Assembly: GCA_964016885.1 (NCBI GenBank)
Contig: OZ024760.1
Coordinates: forward strand, 34,844,001 to 34,908,000
From: Eledone cirrhosa
Lineage: Eukaryota
Direction: 5' to 3'
DNA length: 64,000 nt
Position 1 is the first letter of the stretch. Every line of letters starts with the position of its first letter. Shown here in pieces: positions 24,801 to 38,100 of this stretch. A program made the position numbers and the translations under genes. The notes under the pieces are model-generated. The model saw only the letters and a list, made by a program, of their open reading frames with translations, was not told the origin of the DNA and ran no database searches.

Positions 24801-27800
24801 TGTAGAATCTGTCACTCCCTACCTCAGCTGTGATATATCACCTAGACAGGGGTGTAGAGTCTGTCACTCCCTACCACAGCTGAGGTATACCACCTAGACT
24901 GTGGTATAGAATCTTCCACTCCCTACCACAGCTGAGATATTCCACCTAGACTGAGGTGTAGAGTCTGCCACTCCCTACCACAGCTGAGATATACCACCTA
25001 GACTGGGCTGAAGTGTCTTTCACTCCCAGCTGAGATATAGCACCTAGGCTGGTTTGTAGAGTCTGACACTCCCTTCCACATATGAGATATACCACCTAGA
25101 CTGGGGAGTAATTTGTCACTCCCTACCACAGCTGTTATATACCACCTAGACTGGAGTGTAGTGTCTCTCACTCCCTACCACAGCTGTGATATACCACCTA
25201 GACTGGGGTGTAGAGTCTGTCAGCCCCTACTACAGCTTGGATATACCACCTAGACTGGGGTGTAGAATCTGTCACTCCCTACCACAGCTGGGATATACCA
25301 CCTAGACTGGGGTGTAGAGTCTGTCACTCCCTACCACAGCTGAGATATACCACCTAGACTGGGGTGTAGGGTCTGTCACTCCCTACCACAGCTGTGATAT
25401 ACCACCTAGACTGTGGTGTAGAGTCTGTCACTCCCTACCACAGCTGTGATATACCACCTACGCTGTGGTGTAGAGTCTGTCACTCCCTACCACACCTCTG
25501 ATATACCATTTAGACTGGGGTGTAGAGTCTGTCACACCCTACCACAGCTGAGGTATACCACCTACAATGGTGTGTAGAGTCTAACCACTCCCTACCACAG
25601 CTGAGATATACCACCTAGACAGGGGTGTAGAGTGTACCACTCCCTACCACAACTGAGGTATACCACCTAGACTGGGATGTAGAGTCTTTCACTCCCTACC
25701 ACAGCTGTGATATACCACCTAGACTGGGGTGTAGAGTCTGTCACTCCCTACCACAGCTGTGATATACCAGCTACACTGGGGTGTCACTCCCTACCACACC
25801 TGTGATATACCATTTAGACTGGGGTGTAGAGTCTGTCACACCCTACCACAGCTGAGGTATACCACCTACACTAGGGTGTAGAGCCTAACCACTCCCTAAC
25901 ACAGCTGAGATATACCACCTAGACAGGGGTGTAGAGTGTACCACTCCCTACCACAGCTGAGGTATACCACCTAGACTGGGGTGTAGAGTCTGTCACTTCT
26001 TTCTGCGGCTGAGATATACCAGCTAGATTGGAATGTAGAGTCTGTCACTCCCTACCACAGCTGAGATATACCACCTAGACTGGGGTGTAGAGTCTATCAC
26101 TCCCTCCCACAACTGAGATACACCACCTTGACTGAGGTGTAGAGTCTGTCACTCCCTAGCACAGCTGAGATATACCACCTAGACTGGGGTTTAGAGTCAT
26201 CACTCCTTACCACAGCTGAGATGTAGCACCTAGGCTGGGTTGTAGAGTCTGCCACTCCATACCACAGCTGAGGTATACCACCTAGACTGGAGTGTAGAAT
26301 CTACCACTCCCTACCACAGCTGAGGTATACCATCTAGACTGGGGTGTATAGTCTGTCAACCCCAGCTGAGATAGACGACCTAGACTGGGGTGTAGAGTCT
26401 GTCACTCCCTACCACAGCTGAGATATACCACCTAGACTGGACTGTAGTGTCTTTCTCTATCAGCTGAGATATAGCACCTCGGCTGGGTTGTAGAGTCTGA
26501 CACTCCCTTCCACAGCTGAGATATACCACCTAGGCTGGGTTGTAGAGTCTGACACTCCCTTCCACAGCTGAGATATACCACCTAGGCTGGGTTGTAGAGT
26601 CTGACACTCCCTTCCACAGCTGAGATATACCACCTAGACTGGGGTGTAGAGTCTGTCACTCCCAGCTGAGATATACCAGCCAGACTGGGGTGTAGAGTCT
26701 GTCACTCCCTACCACAGCTGTGATATACCACCTAGACTGGGGTGTAGAGTCTGTCACTCCCAGCTGAGATATACCAGCCCGACTGGGTTGTAGAGTCTAT
26801 CACTCCCTACCAGAGCTGTGATATACCACCTAGACTGGGGTGTAGAGTCTGTCACTCCCTACCACAGCTGTGATATACCACCTAGACTGGGGTGTAGAGT
26901 CTGTTACTCCCAGCTGAGATATACCATCCAGACTGGGGTGTAGAGTCTGTCAGCCCCTACTACAGCTTGGATATACCACCTAGACTGGGGTGTAGAATCA
27001 GTCACTCTCAGCTGAGATATGCCATCCAGCCTGTGGGGTAGAGTATATCATCCCCTACTACAGCTCGGATATACCACCTAGACCTAGACTGGGGTGTAGA
27101 GTCTGTCACTCCCTACCACAGCTCAGATATACCACCTAGACGGGTGTAGAGTCTGTCACTCCCTACCACAGCTGAGGTATACCACCTAGACTGCGGTGTA
27201 GAATCTACCACTCCCTATCACATCTGAGATATTCCACCTAGACTGAGGTGTAGAGTCTGCCACTCCCTACCACAGCTGAGGTATTCCACCTAGACTGGGC
27301 TGTAGTGTCTTTCACTCCCAGCTGAGATATAGCACCTAGGCTGGGTTGTAGAGTCTGACACTCCCTTCCACAGCTGAGATATACCACCTAGACTGGGGTG
27401 TAGAGTCTACCACTCCGTACTGCAGCTGTGATATATCACCTAGACTGGGGTGTAGAGTCTGTCACTCCCAGCTGAGATATGCCATCCAGCCTGTGGTGTA
27501 GAGTCTATCAGCCCCTACTACAGCTCGGATATACCACCTAGACCTAGACTGGGGTGTAGAGTCTGTCACTCCCTACCACAGCTAAGATATACCACCTAGA
27601 CGGGTGTAGAGTCCGTCACTCCCTACCACAGCTGAGATATACCTCCTAGACTGGGTTGGAGAATCTGTCACTCCCTACCACAGCTGTGATATACCACCTA
27701 GACTGGGTTGTAGAGTCTGTCACTCCCTACCACAGCTGTGATATACCTCCTAGACTGGGGTGTAGAATCTGTCACTCCCTACCTCAGCTGTAATATACCA

Positions 27801-30170
27801 CCTAGACTGGGTTGTAGAGTCTGTCACTCCCTACGACAGCTGTGATATACCTCCTAGACTGGGGTGTAGAATCTGTCACTCCCTACCTCAGCTGTAATAT
27901 ACCACCTAGACTGGGGTGTAGAGTCTGTCACTCCCTACCACAGCTCAGATATACCACCTAGACTGGGCTGTAGGGTCTGTCACTCCCTACCACAGCTGAG
28001 GTATACCACCTAGAATGGGGTGTAGAGTCTGTCACCCCCACCTGGGATATACGACCTAGACTGGGGTGTAGAGTCTTTCACTCCCTACCACAGTTGTGAT
28101 ATACCACCTAGACTGGGGTGTGGAGTCTGTCAGATCTCTACTAAAGCTGGGATATACCACATAGACTGGGGTGTAGAGTCTGTCACTCCCTACCACAGCT
28201 GAGATATACCACCTAGACTGGGGTGTAGGGTCTGTCACTCCCTACCACAGCTGTGATATACCACCTAGACTGTGGTGTAGAGTCTGTCACTCCCTACCAC
28301 AGCTGTGATATACCACCTACACTGGGGTGTCACTCCCTACCACACCTGTGATATACCATTTAGACTGGGGTGTAGAGTCTGTCACACCCTACCACATTTG
28401 AGATATACCACCTACACTAGGGTGTAGAGCCTAACCACTCCCTACCACAGCTGAGATATACCACCTAGACAGGGGTGTAGAGTGTACCACTCCCTACCAC
28501 AGCTGTGATATACCACCTACACTGGGGTGTCACTCCCTACCACACCTGTGATATACCATTTAGACTGGGGTGTAGAGTCTGTCACACCCTACCACAGCTG
28601 AGGTATACCACCTACACTAGGGTGTAGAGCCTAACCACTCCCTACCACAGTTGAGATATACCACCTAGACTGGGTGTAGAGTCTGTCACTCCCTACCACA
28701 GCTAAGATATACCACCTAGACGGGTGTAGAGTCCGTCACTCCCTACCACAGCTGAGATATACCTCCTAGACTGGGTTGGAGAATCTTTTACTCCCTACCA
28801 GAGCTGAGATATTCCACGTAGACAGCGGTGTAGAGTCTACCACTCCCTACCACAGCTTAGGTATACCACCTAGGCTGGGTTGTAGAGTCTGACACTCCCT
28901 TCCACAGCTGAGATATACCACCTAGGCTGGGTTGTAGAGTCTGACACTCCCTACCACAGCTGAGGTATACCACTTAGACTGGGGTGTAGAGTCAGTCACC
29001 CCCAGCTGAGATCGACGACCTACACTGGGGTGTAAATCTGTGATTCCCTACCACAGCTGAGATATACCACCTAGACTGGGGTGTAGAGTCTGTCACTCCC
29101 TACCACAGCTAAGATATACCACCTAGACGGGTGTAGAGTCCGTCACTCCCTACCACAGCTGAGATATTCCACCTAGACTGAGGTGTAGAGTCTACCACTC
29201 CCTACCACAGCTGAGGTATACCACCTAGACTGGGCTGTAGTGTCTTTCACTCCCAGGTGAGATATAGCACCTTGGCTGGGTTGTAGAGTCTGACACTCCC
29301 TTCCACAGCTGAGATATACCACCTAGACTGGGGAGTAGAATTTGTCACTCCCTACCACAGCTGTAATATACCACCTAGACTGTGTTGTAGAGTCTGTCAC
29401 TCCCTACCACAGCTGTGATATACCACCTAGAATGGGGTGTAGAATCTGTCACTTTCTACCACAGCTGACATATACCATCTGGACTGGGGCTTAGAGTCTG
29501 TCACTCTCTACCACAGCTGAGATATACCACCTAGACTGGGGTGTAAAGTCTGTGATTCCCTACCACAGCTGAGATATACCAGCTAGACTGGGGTGTAGTA
29601 TCTGTCATTCCCTGCCACAGCTGCTATATACCCCCTAGACTGGGGTGTAGAGTCTGTCACTCCCTACCACAGCTGAGATATACCACCTAGACTGGGGTGT
29701 AGAGTCTGTCACTCCCTACCACAGCTGTGATATACCACCTAGACTGGGGTGTAGAGTCTGTCACTCCCTACCACAGCTGTGATATACCACCTAGACTGGG
29801 GTGTAGACTCTACCACTCCCTACCACAGCTGTGATATATCACCTAGACTGGGGTGTAGAGTCTGTCACTCCCAGCTGAGATATACCATCCTGACTGGGGT
29901 GTAGAGTCTGTCACTCCCTACCACAGCTGTGATATACCACCTAGACTGGGGTGTAGAGTGTGTCACTCCCTACCACAGCTGTGATATACCACCTAGACGG
30001 GTGTAGAGTCTGTCACTCCCTACCACAGCTGAGATACTCCACCTAGACTGGGGTGTAGAATCTGTCACTCTACCACAGCTGAGATACTCCACCTACACTG
30101 GGGTGTAGAATTTGTCACTCCCTACCACTGCAGTGATATACCACCTAGACTGGGGTGTAGAGTCTGTCAC
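9880..30170. repeat. Higher-order repeat domain A, period about 7,660 bp, about 2.6 copies
   Basis: Identical spurious ORFs at 12736, 20397 and 28056. Marker ctttctgcgg at 10731, 18340 and 25999. Boundaries are approximate. Confidence 0.9.
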
Positions 30171-32169
30171 TCACTACCACAGCTGAGATACTCCACCTAG
30201 ACTGGGGTGTAGAATCTACCACTCCCTACCACAGCTGAGATATTCCACCTAGACTGAAGTGTAGAGTCTATCACTCCCTACCACAGCTAAGGTATACTAC
30301 CTAGACTGGGCTGTAGTGTCTTTCACTCCCAGCTGAGATATAGCACCTAGGCTGGGTTGTAGAGTCTGTCACTCCCAGCTGAGATATACCATCCAGCCTG
30401 TGGTGTAGAGTCTTTCAGCCGCTACTACAGCTTGCATATACCACCTAGACTGGGGTGTAGAGTCTGTCACTCCCTCCACACCTGTGATATACCACCTAGA
30501 CTGGAGTGTAGAGTCTACCACTCCATACCACAGCTGAGATATACCACCTAGACTGGGGTGTAGAGTCTGTCACTCCCTACCACAGCTGAGGTATACCACC
30601 TAGACTGGGGTGTAGAAGCTACCACTCCCTACCACAGCTGAGATATACCACCTAGACTTAGGTGTAGTGTCTACCACTCCCTACCACAGCTGAGGTATAC
30701 CACCTAGACTGGGCTGTAGTGTCTTTCACTCCCAGCTGACATATACCATCTGGACTGGGGCTTAGAGTATGTCACTCTCTACCACAGCTGAGATATACCA
30801 CCTAGACTGGGGTGTAAAGTCTGTGACTCCCTACCACAGCTGAGATATACCACCTAGACTGGGGAGTAGAAATTGTCACTCCCTACCACAGCTGTGATAT
30901 ACCATCTAGACAGGGGTGTAGTGTCTTTCACTCCCATTGAGATATAGCACCTAGGCTGGGTTGTCGAGTCTGACACTCCCTTCCACATCTGAGATATACC
31001 ACCTAGACTGGGGTGTAGAATTTGTCACTCCCTACGACAGTTGTGTTATACCACCTAGACTGGGGTGTAGAGTCTGTCACTCCCTACCACAGCTGAGATG
31101 TACCTCCTAGACTGGGGTGTAGAATCTGTCACTCCCTACCTCAGCTGTGATATACAACCTAGACTGGGGTGTAGAGTCTGTCACTCCCTACCACAGCTGA
31201 GATATTCCACCTAGCCTGAGGTGTAGAGTCTACCACTCCCTACCACAGCTGAGGTATACCACCTAGACTGGGCTGTAGTGTCGTTCACTCCCAGCTGAGA
31301 TATACCACCTAGACTGGGGAGTAATTTGTCACTCCCTACCACAGCTGTGATATACCATCTAGACTGGGGTGTAGAGTCTGTCAGCCCCTACTCCAGCTTG
31401 AATATACCACCTAGACTGGGCTGTAGAATTTGTCACTCCCTACCACAGCTGAGATACTCCACCTAGACTGGGGTGTAGAATCTGTCACTCCCTACCACAG
31501 CTGAGATACTCCACCTAGACTGGGGTGTAGAGTCTCTCACTCCCTACCACAGCTGTGATATCCCACCTAGACTGGGGTGTATATTTAGTCAGCCCCTACT
31601 CCAGCTTGAATATACCACCTAGACTGGGGTGTAGAATCTGTCACTCCCTACCACAGCTGAGATACTCCACCTAGACTGGGGTGTAGAATCTGTCACTCCC
31701 TACCACAGCTGTGATACACCACCTATACTGGGGTGTAGAGTCGATCACTTCCTACCACATCTGAGATATACCACCTAGACTGTGTTGTAAAGTCTGTCAC
31801 TCCCTTCCACAGCTGAGGTATACCCCTAGACTGGGGTGTAGTATCTGTCATTCCCTGCCACATCTGTGATATACCACCTAGATTGGGGTGTAGAGTCTGT
31901 CACTCCCTTCTACAGCTGAGGTATACTACCTAGACTGGGGTGTAGAATCTACCACTCCCTACCACAGCTAAGGTATACCACCTAGACTGGGCTGTAGTGT
32001 CTTTCACTATCAGCTGAGATATAGCACCTAGGCTGGGTTGTAGAGTCTGACATTCCCTTCCACAGCTGAGATATACCACCTAGACTGGGGAGTAGACTCT
32101 GTCACTCTCTACCACAGCTGTGATATACCACCTAGACTGGGGTGTAGAATCTACTACTCCCTTCCACAG

Positions 32170-35100
32170 CTGAGATATACCACCTAGACTGGGGTGTAGA
32201 GTCTGTCACTCCCTACCACAGCTGAGATACTCCACCTAGACTGGAGTGTAGAATCTACCACTCCCTACCACAGCTGAGATATTCCACCTAGACTGAAGTG
32301 TAGAGTCTCCCACTCCCTACCACAGCTAAGGTATACTACCTAGACTGAGCTGTAGTGTCTTTCACTCCCAGCTGAGATATAGCACCTAGGCTGGGTTGTA
32401 GAGTCTAACACTCCCTTCCACAGCTGAGATATACCACCTAGACTTGGCGAGTAGAATTTGTCACTCCCTACCACAGCTGTGATATACCACCTAGACTGGG
32501 GTGTAGAGTCTACCACTCCGTACCACAGCTGTGATATATCACCTAGACTGGGGTGTAGAGTCTGTCACTCCCAGCTGAGATATACCATCTAGCCTGTGGT
32601 GTAGAGTCTTTCAGCCGCTACTACAGCTTGCATATACCACCTAGACTGGGGTGTAGAGTCTGTCACTCCCTACCACAGCTAAGATATACCACCTAGACGG
32701 GTGTAGAGTCTGTCACTCCCTACCACAGCTGAGATACTCCACCTAGACTGGGTTGTAGAGTCTGTCACTCCCTACCACAGTAGTGATATACCACCTAGAC
32801 TGGGGTGTAGAGTCTGTCACTCCCTACCACAGCTGAGGTATACCACTTAGACTGGGGTGTAGAGTCTGTCACTCCCAGCTGAGATAGACGACCTAGACTG
32901 GGGTGTAGAATCTGTCACTTTCTACCACGGCTGACATATACCATCTGGACTGGGGCTTAGAGTCTGTCACTCTCTACCACAGCTAAGATATACCACCTAG
33001 ACTGGGGTGTAAAGTCTGTGACTCCCTACCACAGCTGAGATATACCACCTAGACTGAGGTGTAGTATCTGTCATTCCCTGCCACAGCTGTGATATACCAC
33101 CTTGACAGGGGTGTAGAGTCTGTCACACCCTACCACAGCTTAGATATACCACCTAGACTGGGGTGTAGAGTCTGTCACTCCCTCCACACCTGTGATATAC
33201 CACCTAGACTGGGGTGTAGAGTCTACCACTCCATACCACAGCTGAGATATACCACCTACACTGGGGTGTAGAGTCTGTCACTCCCTACCACAGCTGAGGT
33301 ATACCACCTAGACTGGGGTGTAGAAGCTACCACTCAATACCACAGCTGAGATATACCACCTAGACAGGGGTGTAGTGTCTTTCACTCCCGTTGAGATATA
33401 GCACCTAGGCTGGGTTGTCGAGTCTGACACTCCCTTCCACAGCTGAGATATACCAACTAGACTGGGGTGTAGAATTTGTCTCTCCCTACGACAGTTGTGT
33501 TATACCACCTAGACTGGGGTGTAGGGTCTGTCATCCCCTACTACAGCTTGGATATACCACCTAGACTGGGGTGTAGAGTCTGTCACTCCCTACCTCAACT
33601 GAGATATACCATCTAGACTGAGGTGAAGAGTGTGCCACTCCCTCCCACAGCTGAGGTATACCACCTAGACTGGGGTGTAGAGTCTGTCACCCCCAGCTGA
33701 GATAGACGACCTAGACTGGTGTGTAGAATCTGTCACTTTCTACCACAGCTGACATATACCATCTTGACTGGGGCTTAGAGTCTGTCACTCTCTACCACAG
33801 CTGAGATATACCACCTAGACTGGGGTGTAAAGTCCGTCACTCCCTACCACAGCTGTGATATACCACCTAGACTGTGGTGTAGAGTCTTTCGCTCCCTACC
33901 ACAGCTGTGATATGTCACCTAGACTGGGGTGTAGGGTCTGTCATCCCCTACTACAGCTTGGATATACCACCTAGATTGGGGTGTAGAGTCTGACACTCCC
34001 TTCCACAGCTGTGATATACTACCTAGACTGAGGTGTAGAGTCTTTCACTCCCTACCACAGCTGTGATATACTACCTAGACTGAGGTGTAGAATCTGCCAT
34101 TCCCTACCACAGCTGAGGTATACCATCTAGACTGGGGTGTAGAGTCTGTCACCCCCAGCTGAGATAGACGACCTAGACTGGTGTATAGAGTCGGTCACTT
34201 CCTACCACAGCCTACATATACCATCTGGACTGGGGCTTAGAGTCTGTCACTCTCTACCACAGCTGAGATATACCACCTAGACTGGGGTGTAGTATCTGTA
34301 ATTCCCTGCGAAGCTGTGATATACCTCCTAGACTGGGGTGTAGAGTCTGTCACTCCCTACCTCAACTGAGATATACCATCTAGACTGAGGTGTAGAGTCT
34401 CTCACTCCCTACCACAGCTGTGATATACCACCTAGACTGGGGTGTATAGTTAGTCAGCCCCTACTCCAGCTTTAATATACCACCTAGACTGGGGTGTAGA
34501 ATCTGTCACTCCCTACCACAGCAGTGATATACCACCTAGACTGGGGTGTAGAGTCTATCACTCCCTACCACAACTGACATATACTACCTAGACTGAGGTG
34601 TAGAGTCTGCCACTCCCTACCACAGCTGAGGTATACCATCTAGACTGGGGTGTAGAGTCTGTCACCCCCAGCTGAGATAGACGACCAAGACTGGTGTGTA
34701 GAGTCGGTCACTTCCTACCACAGCCTACATATACCATCTGGACTGGGGCTTAGAGTCTGTCACTCTCTACCACAGCTGAGATATACCACCTAGACTGGGG
34801 TGTAGTATCTGTAATTCCCTGCGAAGCTGTGATATACCTCCTAGACTGGGGTGTAGAGTCTGTCACTCCCTACCTCAACTGAGATATACCATCTAGACTG
34901 AGGTGTAGAGTCTGCCACTCCCTCCCACAGCTGAGGTATACCACCTAGACTGGGGTGTAGTATCTGTCATTCCCTACCACAGCTCTGATATACCACCAAC
35001 TGTGGTTGTCACTCCCAACCACAGTTGTGTTATACCACCTAGACTGGGGTGTAGAGTATGTCACTCCCTACCACAGCTGTGATATACCACTTAGACTGGG

Positions 35101-38100
35101 GTGTAGAGTCTACCACTCCCTACCACAGCTGAGGTATACCACTTAGACTGGGGTGTAGAAGCTACCACTCCCTACCACGGCTGAGTTACCACCTAGACTG
35201 AGGTGTAGAGTCTACCACTCCCTACCACAGCTGAGGTATACCACCTAGACTGGGCTGTAGTGTCTTTCATTCCCATTGAGATATAGCACCTAGGCTGGGT
35301 TGTCGAGTATGACACTCCCTTCCACAGCTGCGATATACCACCTAGACTGGGGTGTAGAGTCAACCACTCCCTACCACAGCTGAGATATACCACCTAGACT
35401 GGGGTGTAGAATTTGTCACTCCCTACCACAGCTGAGATACTCCACCTAGACTGTGGTGTAGAGTCTGTCACTCCCTACCACAGCTGTGATATACCACCTA
35501 GGCTGGAGTGTAGAGTCTGTCACTCCCTACTACAGCTCTGATATACCACCTAGATTGAGGTGTAGTGTCTGCCACTCCCTACCGCAGTTGAGGTATACCA
35601 CCTAGACTGGGCTGTTATGTATTTCCCTGCTGAGCTATACCACCTAGGCTGGAGTGTAGAGTCTGTCACTCCCTACTATAGCTGTGATATATCATCTAGA
35701 CGTGTGTAGAATCTGTCTCTCCCAGCTGAGATATACCAGCCAGACTGTGGTGTAGAGTCTGTCACTCCCTACCACAGTTGACATATACCACCTTGACTTG
35801 GGTGTAGAGTCTGTCACTCCCTACTACAGCTGTGATATACCATCTAGACTGGGGTGTCACTCCCTACCACAGCTGTGATATACCATTTAGACTGGGGTGT
35901 AGAGTCTGTCATACCCTACCACAGCTGACGTATACCACCTAGACTGGGGTGTAGAGTCTACCACTCCCTACCACAGCTGAGATATACCACCTAGACTGAA
36001 GTGTACAGTCTGCCACTCCCTACCACAGATGAGGTATACCAGCTAGACTGGGGTGTAGAGTATGTTACCCCCAGCTTAGATAGACGACCTAGACTGTGGT
36101 GTAGAGTCGGTCACTTCCTACCACAGCTGACATATACCATCTGGGCTGGGGCTTAGAGTCTGTCACTCTCTACCACAGCTGAGATATACCACCTAGACTG
36201 GGTTGTAAAGTCACTCACTCCCTACCACAACTGTGATATACCACCTAGACTGGGGTGTAGAGTCATCACTCCCTACCACAGCTGTGATATACCACCTAGA
36301 CTGGGCTGTAGTGTCTTTCTCTACCAGCTGAGATATAGCACCTAGGCTGGGTTGTATAGTCTGACACTCCCTTCCACAGCTTAGATATACCACCTAGACT
36401 GGGGTGTAGAGTCTACCACTCCCTACCACAGCTGAGGTATACCACCTAGACTGGGGTGTAGAATTTGTCACTCCCTACCACAGCTGAGGTATACCACCTA
36501 GACTGGGGTGTAGAATCTACCACTCCCTACCACAGCTAAGGTATACCACCTAGACTGGGCTGAAGTGTCTTTCACTACCAGCTGAGATATAGCACCTAGA
36601 CAGGGGTGTAGAGCCTGTCAGTCTCTACCACAACTGAGATATACCACCTAGACTGGGGTGTAGAGTCTGTCACCCCCAGCTGAGATAGACGACCTAGACT
36701 GGTGTGTAGAGTCGGTCACTTCCTACCACAGCCTACATATACCATCTGGACTGGGGCTTAGAGTCTGTCACTCTCTACCACAGCTGAGATATACCACCTA
36801 GACTGGGGTGTAGAGTCTGTCACCCCCAGCTGAGATAGACGACCTAGACTGGTGTGTAGAGTCGGTCACTTCCTACCACAGCCTACATATACATATACTA
36901 CCAGCTGAGATATAGCACCTAGACAGGGGTGTAGAGCCTGTCAGTCTCTACCACAACTGAGATATACCACCTAGACTGGGGTGTAGAGTCTGTCACCCCC
37001 AGCTGAGATAGACGACCTAGACTGGTGTGTAGAGTCGGTCACTTCCTACCACAGCCTACATATACCATCTAGACAGGGGTGTAGAGCCTGTCAGTCTCTA
37101 CCACAACTGAGATATACCACCTAGACTGGGGTGTAGAGTCTGTCACCCCCAGCTGAGATAGACGACCTAGACTGGTGTGTAGAGTCGGTCACTTCCTACC
37201 ACAGCATATACTACCAGCTGAGATATAGCACCTAGACAGGGGTGTAGAGCCTGTCAGTCTCTACCACAACTGAGATATACCACCTAGACTGGGGTGTAGA
37301 GTCTGTCACTCCCTACCACAGCTGAGATACTCCACCTAGACTGGAGTGTAGAATCTACCACTCCCTACCACAGCTGAGATATTCCACCTAGACTGAAGTG
37401 TAGAGTCTCCCACTCCCTACCACAGCTAAGGTATACTACCTAGACTGAGCTGTAGTGTCTTTCACTCCCAGCTGAGATATAGCACCTAGGCTGGGTTGTA
37501 GAGTCTAACACTCCCTTCCACAGCTGAGATATACCACCTAGACTTGGCGAGTAGAATTTGTCACTCCCTACCACAGCTGTGATATACCACCTAGACTGGG
37601 GTGTAGAGTCTACCACTCCGTACCACAGCTGTGATATATCACCTAGACTGGGGTGTAGAGTCTGTCACTCCCAGCTGAGATATACCATCTAGCCTGTGGT
37701 GTAGAGTCTTTCAGCCGCTACTACAGCTTGCATATACCACCTAGACTGGGGTGTAGAGTCTGTCACTCCCTACCACAGCTAAGATATACCACCTAGACGG
37801 GTGTAGAGTCTGTCACTCCCTACCACAGCTGAGATACTCCACCTAGACTGGGTTGTAGAGTCTGTCACTCCCTACCACAGTAGTGATATACCACCTAGAC
37901 TGGGGTGTAGAGTCTGTCACTCCCTACCACAGCTGAGGTATACCACTTAGACTGGGGTGTAGAGTCTGTCACTCCCAGCTGAGATAGACGACCTAGACTG
38001 GGGTGTAGAATCTGTCACTTTCTACCACGGCTGACATATACCATCTGGACTGGGGCTTAGAGTCTGTCACTCTCTACCACAGCTAAGATATACCACCTAG

